Positions 41,188-50,329 are shown, counted from the first letter of the stretch. The stretch is DNA of 64,000 nt from Terriglobia bacterium (GCA_963666975.2 CAXVYR010000003.1:1216001-1280000), one strand, 5' to 3'. Translations and numbers: made by a program. The notes: generated by a model not told the origin, from the sequence alone.

Positions 41188-41961
41188 TCAGGGGACTTCT
41201 TTCGTGGATGGTCTATCAGTTTTATATGTGGGATAGTCTGCTTCCACCAGAGGTTCCGGCTTCGCCGCCGGAACTGCTTCCCCGGTCAGCAGAGCCGACC
41301 GCACAAAGGCGCCGATCTCGTCGGCAACCGCCTCGGCCGGAAGGGGTCCCTCCGGCGAGAACCACCCGGCAGTGGCGGTGCACATAGTCAAGATACAATT
41401 CCGCACCACGCTGGCATTTTTCACCTGGAAGACGCCTTTGCGGCGTCCCCGCTTCAAAATCGAGTCCAAAATCGAGTCGAAGAGGCGCTCGTACTCCTGA
41501 CGCAACTTCAAGATGACCCGAAAGTTTTTCTCTTCCAGCGAACGCAGTTCGCTGTGGCTGATAAACGCCTCCTCTTTCTTTTGCGTGTGGAACAGAACAT
41601 GCCAGCGGATGGCAGCGTCTAGTTGCTGCTCCGGCTCCTGGCCGGATTCGGAAATCTCCTGCAGGCCGCGCAGCAGCTCCGAAACCGTCCCCTGCATCAG
41701 ATCAAAGAGAATATCCTGCTTGCTGGGGAAATGGTAATAGAGGCTGGCTGCTTTGATGTCGAGCGTGGAGGCGATCTCCCTCATCGTCATGCCGGAGTAG
41801 CCGAAGTGGAACAGCAGGTGGCATCCCACCTTTCGGATCTGGTCCAGACGCGACGCGGAAGCAAGCGGTGGAGGAACAATCCCCCGTTTTCCCCGGCTCG
41901 GCGAGGCGGGCAGCAGTGTCCCCACTCCTCCCGCCACGTTCTGTCGTGAGGTCCTAGGCAT
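41188..41961 (-). CDS. TetR/AcrR family regulator (KstR2/PaaR-like C-terminal domain)
   Basis: GYSGMTMREIA..KAASLYYHFPSKQDIL HTH; W F.PEGPL C-terminus. Confidence 0.92.
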   Translation of the reverse strand: MPRTSRQNVAGGVGTLLPASPSRGKRGIVPPPLASASRLDQIRKVGCHLLFHFGYSGMTMREIASTLDIKAASLYYHFPSKQDILFDLMQGTVSELLRGLQEISESGQEPEQQLDAAIRWHVLFHTQKKEEAFISHSELRSLEEKNFRVILKLRQEYERLFDSILDSILKRGRRKGVFQVKNASVVRNCILTMCTATAGWFSPEGPLPAEAVADEIGAFVRSALLTGEAVPAAKPEPLVEADYPTYKTDRPSTKEVP

Positions 41962-41973
41962 AGGCGCTGGGTC

Positions 41974-42687
41974 CTACATAAACCTGCGGCCTTTTTCCGG
42001 GTCCGGCTCCTTCAAGCCAAACTGCTCAATCACCTTGAGGGCCTCCTCCCGGTACTGTTTGCGGCATTCAACGTTGGTGCGTTTCTTGATGCCCCACTCG
42101 TAGTACTTCTGGCTGCGCTTGGAATCCGAGCGGCCAAACATGTCCAGACAGCGGGGATACATGCGATCCAGGGATTTCTGCACCTCGGCCTTGCCTTCCT
42201 CCGTCTGGCAGAGGGTGTCCAGTATCCGCAGCCCGTGCGCAATGTGTTGCTGCTCTTCCTTCAAAATCTGCGGGATGATGCGCGACACCGGCAGGTAGCT
42301 GGACTCGCCAAAGTCTTCCAGGTGATACCCGCCCACGCGGTCGATGAAAACACCAAAGCAGCCCATGTCCGCCCAAGTGTTCAGCGGCTCGCGGAAAATC
42401 TCCAGGATGCGGTCCTTGGACCGGTTCTTCAACTGGTGGGAGACATCCACATTCAACTCAGCGAGAATCTTGACGAACTTGCGGTGGTGGTCGATTTCTT
42501 CCGCTGCGGTCTTGGCCAGCATCAGTTGGTCCTCGGCCGTGGGCGCCGCCAGAATCCATTTCTCAACATAGAGGTGCGGACCACCCAATTCGCTGTCGGC
42601 TTGGATCGTCAAGACCTTGAGCAGCAAGTCCTGATACTCTTTGTCCATCTTGGGGAATTCGGCTGCTTCAATTCGGTCGGTAAACAT
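41974..42687 (-). CDS. Compact BoxB/PaaA-like ferritin-fold di-iron aryl-CoA epoxidase subunit
   Basis: QADSE, EEIDH, FIDRVG and EEQQH di-iron ligands; SSYLP; LDMFG; WGIKKRTN. Confidence 0.82.
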   Translation of the reverse strand: MFTDRIEAAEFPKMDKEYQDLLLKVLTIQADSELGGPHLYVEKWILAAPTAEDQLMLAKTAAEEIDHHRKFVKILAELNVDVSHQLKNRSKDRILEIFREPLNTWADMGCFGVFIDRVGGYHLEDFGESSYLPVSRIIPQILKEEQQHIAHGLRILDTLCQTEEGKAEVQKSLDRMYPRCLDMFGRSDSKRSQKYYEWGIKKRTNVECRKQYREEALKVIEQFGLKEPDPEKGRRFM

Positions 42688-42708
42688 ACGTTCAACTCCT
42701 TATGGAGA

Positions 42709-43227
42709 TTATTTGGATTTCCTTTTTGCTTTCAAACCGGTGGGCACAACGCGCTTCCAGCTTTCGGAAAAGCGCACGCCCGAGTTCTTCAATAAATTAT
42801 GCACAGGGCAGCGTTCCACCAGCCGCTTGCGCCACAGAGCAAGCCTGCGAGGAGGCTCCTTTGTTGTAACCAGCGCTTGCACGCGCACCGAGGGGATCGG
42901 CTTGCGGACGCGGGCCAACCCGTACATGCCGCGCGGGTCCAGTTGGGCCGAGATGGTGAACTCCAAATTGCGGAGGTCGAAATCCATGGTTTTTGCCACA
43001 AAGTTGCCCACAACGCTCAGGGAGGCTGCATAGGCGCCCAGAATCGCCTCCAGAGGCATTAGCCCCCGGTTGGAACCGCTGAGCAACTCCGGCATGTCCA
43101 GCCGCAAAGCCTTGCCGCGCGCGCGAATCAATACGCGGCTGGAGGTCTCCATCCTGGCCTCTACGAGCACTCCTGTTTGGGGAATTTTCCGAAGCTTCAG
43201 CACAAGATTTTCCTCATCGGTCCTCAC
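42709..43227 (-). CDS. OsmC-family protein
   Basis: DMPELLSGSNRGLMPLEAILGA, LDPRG and ERCPVH motifs. The first conserved Cys is replaced by Ser. Confidence 0.85.
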   Translation of the reverse strand: MRTDEENLVLKLRKIPQTGVLVEARMETSSRVLIRARGKALRLDMPELLSGSNRGLMPLEAILGAYAASLSVVGNFVAKTMDFDLRNLEFTISAQLDPRGMYGLARVRKPIPSVRVQALVTTKEPPRRLALWRKRLVERCPVHNLLKNSGVRFSESWKRVVPTGLKAKRKSK

Positions 43228-43243
43228 CCTGACAAGTGTTAGG
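43228..43243. promoter_or_regulatory. Palindromic operator, probably bound by the co-transcribed TetR
   Basis: CCTGACA-AG-TGTTAGG lies between the promoter and the osmC start codon. Confidence 0.6.
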
Positions 43244-43250
43244 CAGAATT

Positions 43251-43279
43251 ATTATGAAGGTGTTATTCCTGCCTGTCAA
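43251..43279 (-). promoter_or_regulatory. Sigma70 promoter of osmC-epoxidase-tetR operon
   Basis: Minus strand TTGACA-GGCAGGAATAACACCTT(17)-CATAAT. Confidence 0.75.
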
Positions 43280-43633
43280 GATCGATACTGTGCAGATCGA
43301 AACTGTGCATGCTGGCTCACAGATAACAGCAAGGAAAGAAGGAAAAATGGCGTCGTCTCCTGGGCGGGGTCTTTGCCCTGAAAACAAAATATGGACACAA
43401 AATATCCTTGAGCCCCCCTCTGCCAGCCGTTGTAGTACAATAGGCGACGCAACGGGATGGGTCCGGAAGACCGCTCAAGACCGTTATCATTCGCATGGAA
43501 CCCGCAGCGCAAAGAAGCGCCTGACCCTGGCCTCGAACCAGGGCTGACCTGAACTCGAATGATGTTCCACTTCCGCCAGACCGCTTAGTTTTTCTGCCCA
43601 CCCCGCAAACCTCACAACTCAGGGAGGTGAATT

Positions 43634-44173
43634 ATGCGAACGCCCCTCATCCTCGGTTTATTGGGAGCGCTTTTCTTGCCTTTATTTTTGGCAGGCCAGG
43701 AAACAGAGCCGGTAAACCAGCAAGCTTGGAAAATTACTCCGGAGGAAGCTGCCAGGGAAAATCCGGTCCAGCCCGAAGAGGAGACTCTGCAAGAGGGAAA
43801 GGTGCTGTTTGATTCTCAGTGCGCCATGTGCCATGGAAAGAATGGCGATGGAAAAGGCGATCTGGCCGAGTCCTTGGGCGTAAAAGTTGCCGACCTGACC
43901 AACCCCGCCACTTTGCGGGGAATCACCGACGGGGCCCTGTTCGCCATGATGACCAAAGGAAAAGGGAAGATGCCGGGCCTGGAGAATCGCCTGCCCGACT
44001 TGTTCAAATGGAAGCTGGTAAATTACATCCGGACCCTTTCGGCTCCTTCCTCTTCCTCTGCCGGCAGCGGGAGCGCGACAAAGACTGCGGCCAAGCCGTC
44101 GCAGACTGCCTCCGGCTCATCGTCGGCAGGCTCCGAGGAGGCGCAGTCCGCAGCGCCATCCCCAGATATGTAA
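43634..44173 (+). CDS. Monoheme cytochrome c with Ser/Ala-rich tail
   Basis: Signal peptide, CAMCHG heme motif, distal KMP Met ligand, GGAGGTG RBS. Confidence 0.92.
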   Translation: MRTPLILGLLGALFLPLFLAGQETEPVNQQAWKITPEEAARENPVQPEEETLQEGKVLFDSQCAMCHGKNGDGKGDLAESLGVKVADLTNPATLRGITDGALFAMMTKGKGKMPGLENRLPDLFKWKLVNYIRTLSAPSSSSAGSGSATKTAAKPSQTASGSSSAGSEEAQSAAPSPDM

Positions 44174-44293
44174 TCGTCATGAATTGATCGTTATGAATTG
44201 ATGACAGGAACCGAGCGTGCTGGCTGGATTTTTTGCGCTTCGGCCCGGCAGGAAGCGAGAAAATCCCACGGCAAAGAAAGCCGTTTGCGGTGG

Positions 44294-45580
44294 CTACTCG
44301 CGGCCTGCCTCCAGACCATAGGCCTGGGCCAGCACGACGATGGGGTGGATCGCCTTTTTCCCCGCCCCCTGCTCGATCTGCACCGCGGAGAGCGGGCAAT
44401 CGGTGACGCAACGTGCTTCCTCGTCGGCTTTCATGAAGTTGAACAAGGGCTTGCCCACCTTCATGGATTCTTCAAAGTATTCTTTCTTTACGCTCCATGC
44501 GCCGTCGTGCCCGCTGCAGCATTGCAGGCGGTCCACCTCGGCTCCCGGAATCAGTTGCAGCAGTTCCTGCGCTTTGAAACCCATCTCTTGCGCCATCAGA
44601 TGGCAGGGCTGGTGGTAGCGGAGTTTTCCCACCTTCTGCGAAAAGTTCAGGTCCAGCTTTCCCTCCGCATGAAGCTTCACCAGGTATTCGGAAAGATCAT
44701 AGGTATTCTCGGCGACCAGTTTGGCGTCGTCGGTCGTCACATAGCTCGGGTAATCGTGTTTGAGCATATAGCTGCAACTGGCGCTGGGCGCCACAATTTT
44801 GTATCCTTGCCGGACAGCCTGGCTCAAGACGGCCACGTTCGACTTCATTTTCTTCACGGCTTGGTCCAGCATGCCGTTGTCGATGAACGGAAGTCCGCAG
44901 CACTGCTGGGGCGGAACAAAACACTCGATTCCGTTCTTCTCGAAAACCTCGACGGCCGCCTTGCCGATCACCGGCTCGTTAAAATTGACCGTGCAGGTGT
45001 AGAAGAGAACCACTTTGTCTTCGCCCTTCTTCTGGCCGGGAGCCGCGCGACGGGAGCGCCGCCGATGCCATTTTTCAAAGGTCTCGGAATAAAAGGTGGG
45101 CAGCAAGCGGTCTCGATGAACGCCCAAATACTCTTCCAGCACGCCGCGCAGCAGCGGGTTGCGGTTCGCCCAGTTGACGATCGGCGCCGCGTAGCTCGAC
45201 AGGCGGCCCACCAGATCGGTGTTTCCGAATATTTTATTGGCGAAGGGTACCCCTTCCTGCTTCTTCCGGACGAGGTTGTAGCGGATCAGCGTGCGGGGAA
45301 AGTCCAGGTCCAGCTCATGGGGAGGAGTATAAGGACAGATGGGATCGCAAATCTTGCACTGGTAGCACAGATCTGCGACTTCGTTAATCTGCTTTTCACC
45401 CAGCGATTCCACGTTTCCGAAAATGCCCGCCGCGTCGTCGGTCACCTCGAACAGTTTGACGAAAGAGGGACACAGTGTATAGCAAACCCTGCACCCGTGG
45501 CAGACGTCAAAGACCCGCACGACTTCCTTTCGCGTTGCTTCTGGATCCCAAAACTCGGTGGATTGAAGATCAAAGTTCAT
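44294..45580 (-). CDS. GlpC/HdrD-like Fe-S oxidoreductase
   Basis: CHGCRVCYTLC and CYQCKICDPIC ferredoxin motifs plus two CCG domains (QCCG; PCH..CCSG). Confidence 0.9.
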   Translation of the reverse strand: MNFDLQSTEFWDPEATRKEVVRVFDVCHGCRVCYTLCPSFVKLFEVTDDAAGIFGNVESLGEKQINEVADLCYQCKICDPICPYTPPHELDLDFPRTLIRYNLVRKKQEGVPFANKIFGNTDLVGRLSSYAAPIVNWANRNPLLRGVLEEYLGVHRDRLLPTFYSETFEKWHRRRSRRAAPGQKKGEDKVVLFYTCTVNFNEPVIGKAAVEVFEKNGIECFVPPQQCCGLPFIDNGMLDQAVKKMKSNVAVLSQAVRQGYKIVAPSASCSYMLKHDYPSYVTTDDAKLVAENTYDLSEYLVKLHAEGKLDLNFSQKVGKLRYHQPCHLMAQEMGFKAQELLQLIPGAEVDRLQCCSGHDGAWSVKKEYFEESMKVGKPLFNFMKADEEARCVTDCPLSAVQIEQGAGKKAIHPIVVLAQAYGLEAGRE

Positions 45581-45711
45581 GAACTGGAGTTCCTTCCTTT
45601 CCTTTCGCAACTGCAATAGCCGGGCTGGACATCCTGGCATTTCCCGCCCGCCAGAGCATGGGACGCTGGATACTGACCCAGGACATCTTTATCTATTTTA
45701 TCTATGTCCCG

Positions 45712-46029
45712 CTAGATTGAATTCCGGGGAAGCTTCAGGTAGTCCAGCAGCGAGACCCCAACCCGGTCAGAAAAACGCTGCGCAAGGGAGGGAATCTCTC
45801 CGCTGGGCTCGTCCTGCGCAATTCGCTCCAGACGGTGCATTGGATAGAAAACGGTGGAGAGTGTAACGATATCGGGTTCCGCCTCCAGGGTTCGCCGCAC
45901 CCAATCATCGAAGGCGTTCAAATCGATTCCTTGGATGGTCACCCCGGCCGCAGTCAGCGATAGCAGTCTTCCCCATATCTTTTCCTTGGGCTCGTGAAGG
46001 CTCACGACAACAATAGAATCTGGCTCCAT
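45712..46029 (-). CDS. Conserved hypothetical protein
   Basis: 105 aa, GGAG RBS, co-oriented in the operon, protein-like composition (PKEKIWG, FYPMHRLERI). Confidence 0.7.
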   Translation of the reverse strand: MEPDSIVVVSLHEPKEKIWGRLLSLTAAGVTIQGIDLNAFDDWVRRTLEAEPDIVTLSTVFYPMHRLERIAQDEPSGEIPSLAQRFSDRVGVSLLDYLKLPRNSI

Positions 46030-46098
46030 ATGCGTTCCACTCTCCTGGCAGGCACCTGTCAGAGGGAAGCGGCCCTTCGAGTTCCCTGATAGGATCCA

Positions 46099-46986
46099 TT
46101 ATTTGACGGGAGCTGCGGGATTCAGTTTTTTTCTCAACTCGTTGGCCCGCTCGAAGAGATGCTCTAATTCCCGCGTCTTCAAATTATCTCGCAAGTGCTC
46201 CAAAGCCTGCGCAAAGCTGGTGAGCGCCCGTCCCAGGTTTTCCGTGTTCGTCAAGCAGATGTCTCTCCACACGCGATAGGGGCTCTCGGCCAGCCGCGAG
46301 GCATCCCGCAGGCCGGCGGCGGAAAGCTCCAGGTCCTCGGGGTTCTGCAGATTGTCCATGACGGCAACCGCCAGCGCTGTGGTGGCGATCTGCGGCAGAT
46401 GGCTGGTCCAGGTGACGATTTCATCGTGGACCTCGGCGTCCAGGACCAACGACCGCGCCCCCAGACGTTTCAGCCAATCCGTAAAAGCGCGCACGACGGG
46501 AGCGTCCAGATGGTGGCGGCTATAGGGGGTCAGCGCATAGGGCGCGTCCCGAAACAAGTCCGGGTCGGCGTTTTCCACCCCGGTGATTTCCTTCCCGGCC
46601 ATGGGGTGCCCGCCCACGAACCATGGTTTCCCGGGAAAAAGTTCCGCCGCTTTCTCGCAGATGACGCCCTTGGTGCTGCCTGCGTCTGTCACCAAGCAAT
46701 CTTGCTTCACCAACGGCGGCAGCTTGGCCAGCAGCTCCAGAATATTCAGAATGGGAGTCGAGAGGTATATGACATCGGCGCCGGCGACAGCCTCCGGCAG
46801 GTTCGACGATCCCGAATCGATGGCCCCCCGCCGCTGAGCGCGCTCCAGGGTAGCCGGACGGCCGTGGCCCATGATTTGGCCGTCAAAACCGGCCTTTTTC
46901 AGAGCCAGCCCGAATGAGCCGCCGATTAGCCCGACGCCGCAAATGGTGACTTTCTCGATTTTTCCGAAACTGCCTTCACTGCTCAT
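46099..46986 (-). CDS. tyrA: Prephenate/arogenate dehydrogenase
   Basis: GVGLIGGS, TDAGSTK, GGHPMAGKE and HD..TSHLPQ motifs. Confidence 0.93.
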   Translation of the reverse strand: MSSEGSFGKIEKVTICGVGLIGGSFGLALKKAGFDGQIMGHGRPATLERAQRRGAIDSGSSNLPEAVAGADVIYLSTPILNILELLAKLPPLVKQDCLVTDAGSTKGVICEKAAELFPGKPWFVGGHPMAGKEITGVENADPDLFRDAPYALTPYSRHHLDAPVVRAFTDWLKRLGARSLVLDAEVHDEIVTWTSHLPQIATTALAVAVMDNLQNPEDLELSAAGLRDASRLAESPYRVWRDICLTNTENLGRALTSFAQALEHLRDNLKTRELEHLFERANELRKKLNPAAPVK

Positions 46987-47030
46987 TTTTCTGAGGTACT
47001 GGTCTGAGGTACTTGCCGGCGCTGAGCGCG

Positions 47031-47327
47031 TCAGGATTTGTTGTTTTCTTCCGAGTCTTGTGCGTTGAACAGGAGGCTTTGCAAACCACGCCCCTCATCT
47101 ACAATCCGCTCAAAGACCCGCTGCAGCGCATCGTTTTTCAGGGGGCCTTGGTTGGCATCGAAGACGTGCTGGAAAACTTCCTTCTCGCGGTGAGGCTCGC
47201 GAATAGGCAGGGCGTTTTGACGCTTGATCTTGCCGATCTCCACCGCGCAACGGGCCCGCTCGTTCAGCAACTGAACCAGCCGGCGGTCAATCTCGTCGAT
47301 TTTCTTGCGCCAGTCAGCAATGTCCAT
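47031..47327 (-). CDS. Chorismate mutase (AroQ type)
   Basis: WRKKIDEIDRRLVQLLNERA..IGKIK..RE. Confidence 0.9.
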   Translation of the reverse strand: MDIADWRKKIDEIDRRLVQLLNERARCAVEIGKIKRQNALPIREPHREKEVFQHVFDANQGPLKNDALQRVFERIVDEGRGLQSLLFNAQDSEENNKS

Positions 47328-47468
47328 ATCGCAGCCACAGGCAAGAAAAGCAGTCCATAATTCAGAAACCGCGCTTCCCCGCCCCAACATTATGCCACAA
47401 TCAAACGCCTCTCCCGGCACAACGGATTCGGGATGACGATCATGACGAGAAAAACAATGCCGTCTAAA

Positions 47469-48290
47469 CTATGATTTGTGAATCGGCTCGTGACGCTGCG
47501 TCTTAAACCCCTCGCGCAGCCAGCGGGCAAAATCGGCGACATGCGGGACAGGGTCCTGCTGATGTTCCTCCAGACAACGCACCAGCGCGCTGCCCACAAC
47601 AACCCCATCAGCCAGAGGAGCCAGCTCTGCCAGGTGCTCCGGGCGGGATATGCCGAAACCAACAGCCAGGGGAAGCGAGGTCGAGGCCCGCAACCGGCCG
47701 AGCAGAGGGGCGGCGGCAGCCGAAAGCTGCTCGCGCGCGCCGGTGACCCCGGCTCGGGCAATCGCATATACGAAGCCGGTGGAAAGCTCCGCCACGCGCT
47801 TCAGGCGCTGGCCGGTCGAGGTGGGCGCTGCCAGAAAGACGGTATCGAGCCCTTGCCGCCGCATCTCGGCGACATAGAGACCGGCCTCTTCTACGCTCAA
47901 GTCGGTAATCAAAGCCCCGTCGGCGCCGCTTGCGACGGCGTCGGCTGCAAAGCGCTCAAAGCCGTATCGCAGGACAGGGTTCAAGTAGCTGAACAGAAGC
48001 AGGGGAACTGGGGACTCCTGGCGGATATCCCGGATCATCTGGAGGATGCGCGGGAGATTTGCGCCGCTCCGCAGCGCCCTCTCCCCGGAACGCTGGATCA
48101 CGGGTCCGTCGGCAATCGGCTCGGAAAAGGGCACGCCTAGCTCAACGATATCGACCCCGGCCTGTGCCAACGCCACAACCATCCTTGCGGTGGTGGCAAT
48201 GTCCGGGTCACCCGCCATCAGAAAGGCGATGAGCGCCTTGTCGCCCCGGCCTCGCAGTTGTGCCCAGCGTTGTTGGATGCGCGTGCCCAC
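47469..48290 (-). CDS. trpA: Tryptophan synthase alpha chain (start uncertain, 48290-48314)
   Basis: AGDP, ELGVPFSEPIADGPVIQ, GVTG, VGFGIS and ADGVVVGSA motifs. Confidence 0.96.
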   Translation of the reverse strand: MGTRIQQRWAQLRGRGDKALIAFLMAGDPDIATTARMVVALAQAGVDIVELGVPFSEPIADGPVIQRSGERALRSGANLPRILQMIRDIRQESPVPLLLFSYLNPVLRYGFERFAADAVASGADGALITDLSVEEAGLYVAEMRRQGLDTVFLAAPTSTGQRLKRVAELSTGFVYAIARAGVTGAREQLSAAAAPLLGRLRASTSLPLAVGFGISRPEHLAELAPLADGVVVGSALVRCLEEHQQDPVPHVADFARWLREGFKTQRHEPIHKS

Positions 48291-48297
48291 CAGCTTG

Positions 48298-48366
48298 TTA
48301 ACCTTTGCTTTCAAGCATCTTGAGAATATATTTCGCCATGAAGTCCTTGATTTCCGAGTGGCGCGG
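48298..48366 (-). pseudogene. C-terminal remnant of a HicA-like toxin gene
   Basis: Manual translation gives PRHSEIKDFMAKYILKMLESKG*, resembling HicA-family C-termini. No N-terminal part is present. Confidence 0.5.
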
Positions 48367-48439
48367 AAAGGGTTAGTCTACCTTGGTAGCGGGGTTCTGA
48401 TCGGTTTGTGTCGTAATTGTTATCGCGTTTTTTCTTCAG

Positions 48440-48701
48440 CTAAGCCAGAGGATCAATCTTCCCCGGTGGCTGCAGGTTCTTTGCCCGTGTCCACGCTTCC
48501 CTCAACTCCTCCTGATGCAATGAGGCCCACTCCATGATCATGCCGAAAGCGCGGGGTGGCAACCTTCCTGCAATCACCGCCAGCGTATCGATGGCTAAAA
48601 GGACTTCCTGGGCTTCGTACTGCGCGTGAAAATGAGATGGCCAGTGATCATCAAAGTACATCTTAAATGACAATCCCGTAGAAGCGGCTGATCTCAGGCA
48701 T
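48440..48701 (-). pseudogene. DUF4160-family protein (putative TA toxin), frameshifted near 48665
   Basis: MPEISRFYGIVI* then KMYFDDHWPSHFHAQY..G.LPP..EWASLHQEEL..W..IDPL in the shifted frame (one extra T). Confidence 0.82.
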
Positions 48702-48978
48702 GTAGCTCGGTTGCCTTCAATTTCGGGAAAATCTCCCCTGGGGTCTTGCCGGTGATCTGGAGATAAAGCGCGTCGGGGCAAAGATCAATATGGTTCCCCC
48801 AGGCAAGCGCCCCACTGTCGTCGATCCTTACATCATCAAAAAAATGCCGATCATTCCACGCCTCAAAAACGCCCCGTCCGGCAAGATCGGACAGATCCAC
48901 CTCACCCTCGACACCATCCGCGTAACGCAACCAGAGGCGGTAACTGCGCAAGGCCTTGACTTGCACTAATTCGAACAT
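48694..48978 (-). CDS. DUF2442-family protein (putative TA antitoxin)
   Basis: VKALRSYRLWLRYADGVEGEVDL..GVF..F..V..GALAW..IDLCPDALY. Confidence 0.88.
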   Translation of the reverse strand: MFELVQVKALRSYRLWLRYADGVEGEVDLSDLAGRGVFEAWNDRHFFDDVRIDDSGALAWGNHIDLCPDALYLQITGKTPGEIFPKLKATELHA

Positions 48979-49096
48979 CGAACCTTCCTCCCCCTCATTC
49001 TCCAACAAACGAGAGATTGCTACAAGACTAGATAAGGTACGTTTCCGGCCAGCGCCTAAACGCTTGCGGTTCTTCAGACTAGCCAGGAAACTAGCG

Positions 49097-50329
49097 TTAC
49101 AATTTCAGTTCCCTTTCCAGTATTTCCATATCCTTGTCGCCCCTGCCCGAAAGGCACAACAAATAGACCTGCCCTTTGCCGGACGGGGCGCGCCGCACGG
49201 CCTCCGCCACCGCATGCGAGCTTTCGAGCGCCGGGATAATCCCCTCCAGTTGGCTCAGCGTGCGGCAGGCCTCCAGGGCTTCGCTATCGGTCGCAGTGGT
49301 ATATTCCACTCGTCCGCTGTCGAACAGCATGGAATGCTCCGGCCCGACGGCAGCGTAGTCCAGGCCGGCGGAGATGGAATGCGTGGTCGAGATTTGCCCC
49401 ATCTCGTCCTGCAACACATAGCTGAAGGTGCCATGCAAAACGCCGGGACTGCCGCCGTGGAAGCGGGCAGCATGCTGGCCCAACTGGGAGCCACGGCCTC
49501 CCGCTTCAACTCCCACCATTGGCACCTTCTCCGCTTCCTCCATCAGAAATTCATGGAAAAGCCCAATGGCATTGCTTCCGCCGCCCACGCAAGCCAGCAA
49601 CAAGTCCGGCAGCCGGCCTTCGGCTTCGAGAATTTGCCGGCGCGATTCCTCTCCGATCACCTTCTGAAAATCGCGCACCATCTGAGGATAGGGGTGAGGC
49701 CCAAATGCCGTACCCAGCAAATAATATGTGTTATCTAAATTCGCTACCCAGTCTCGCATTGTCTCGCTGATCGCTTCCTTCAGCGTCCGGCTGCCCGCGC
49801 TCACGGGCACCACCTCCGCGCCCAGCAGGCGCATGCGGAAGACGTTCAGCCGTTGCCGCGACATATCCTCTTCGCCCATGTAGACCACGCACTGAAAGCC
49901 GAGCAGCGCGGCCACCGTCGCCGTCGCCACGCCGTGCTGTCCAGCCCCGGTTTCGGCGATCAGACGGCCTTTCCCCATCCGCCGCGCCAGCAAGGCCTGC
50001 CCCAGGCAGTTATTGATTTTGTGCGCTCCGGTGTGGAGAAGGTCCTCTCGCTTCAGATAAATGCGCGCCCCGCCCAAGTGATCACTGAGGCGGCTGGCCA
50101 AGGTGAGCGGCGTGGGTCTGCCGGCATAGCTTCTCAGCAGGCCGTCCAACTCTTGCTGGAAGGCAGGGTCGGAGCAGGCTTTGAGGTAAGCCGCCTCCAG
50201 CTCCTCGAGGGGGTGCATCAAAGTTTCCGGAGCGTAGCGACCCCCGTAGGGTCCAAAGTGTCCCCCCTGGTCCGGCTGGGCCTGAAAACTGGAGCCCTTA
50301 ACTGCTTTACTCATATGCTGTTTTGCCAT
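49097..50329 (-). CDS. trpB: Tryptophan synthase beta chain
   Basis: [42 protein letters not shown] and LSGRGDKD motifs. Confidence 0.98.
   Translation of the reverse strand: MAKQHMSKAVKGSSFQAQPDQGGHFGPYGGRYAPETLMHPLEELEAAYLKACSDPAFQQELDGLLRSYAGRPTPLTLASRLSDHLGGARIYLKREDLLHTGAHKINNCLGQALLARRMGKGRLIAETGAGQHGVATATVAALLGFQCVVYMGEEDMSRQRLNVFRMRLLGAEVVPVSAGSRTLKEAISETMRDWVANLDNTYYLLGTAFGPHPYPQMVRDFQKVIGEESRRQILEAEGRLPDLLLACVGGGSNAIGLFHEFLMEEAEKVPMVGVEAGGRGSQLGQHAARFHGGSPGVLHGTFSYVLQDEMGQISTTHSISAGLDYAAVGPEHSMLFDSGRVEYTTATDSEALEACRTLSQLEGIIPALESSHAVAEAVRRAPSGKGQVYLLCLSGRGDKDMEILERELKL

Noticed and set aside
43010-43040. Selenocysteine at the first catalytic position of the OsmC-like protein
   Set aside because: The codon is TCC (Ser), not TGA.
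48350-48410. c-di-GMP-I riboswitch-like tail GGTAGCGGGGTT
   Set aside because: The upstream GCAAA/GAAA tetraloop-receptor elements are missing, and it is antisense to the operon.
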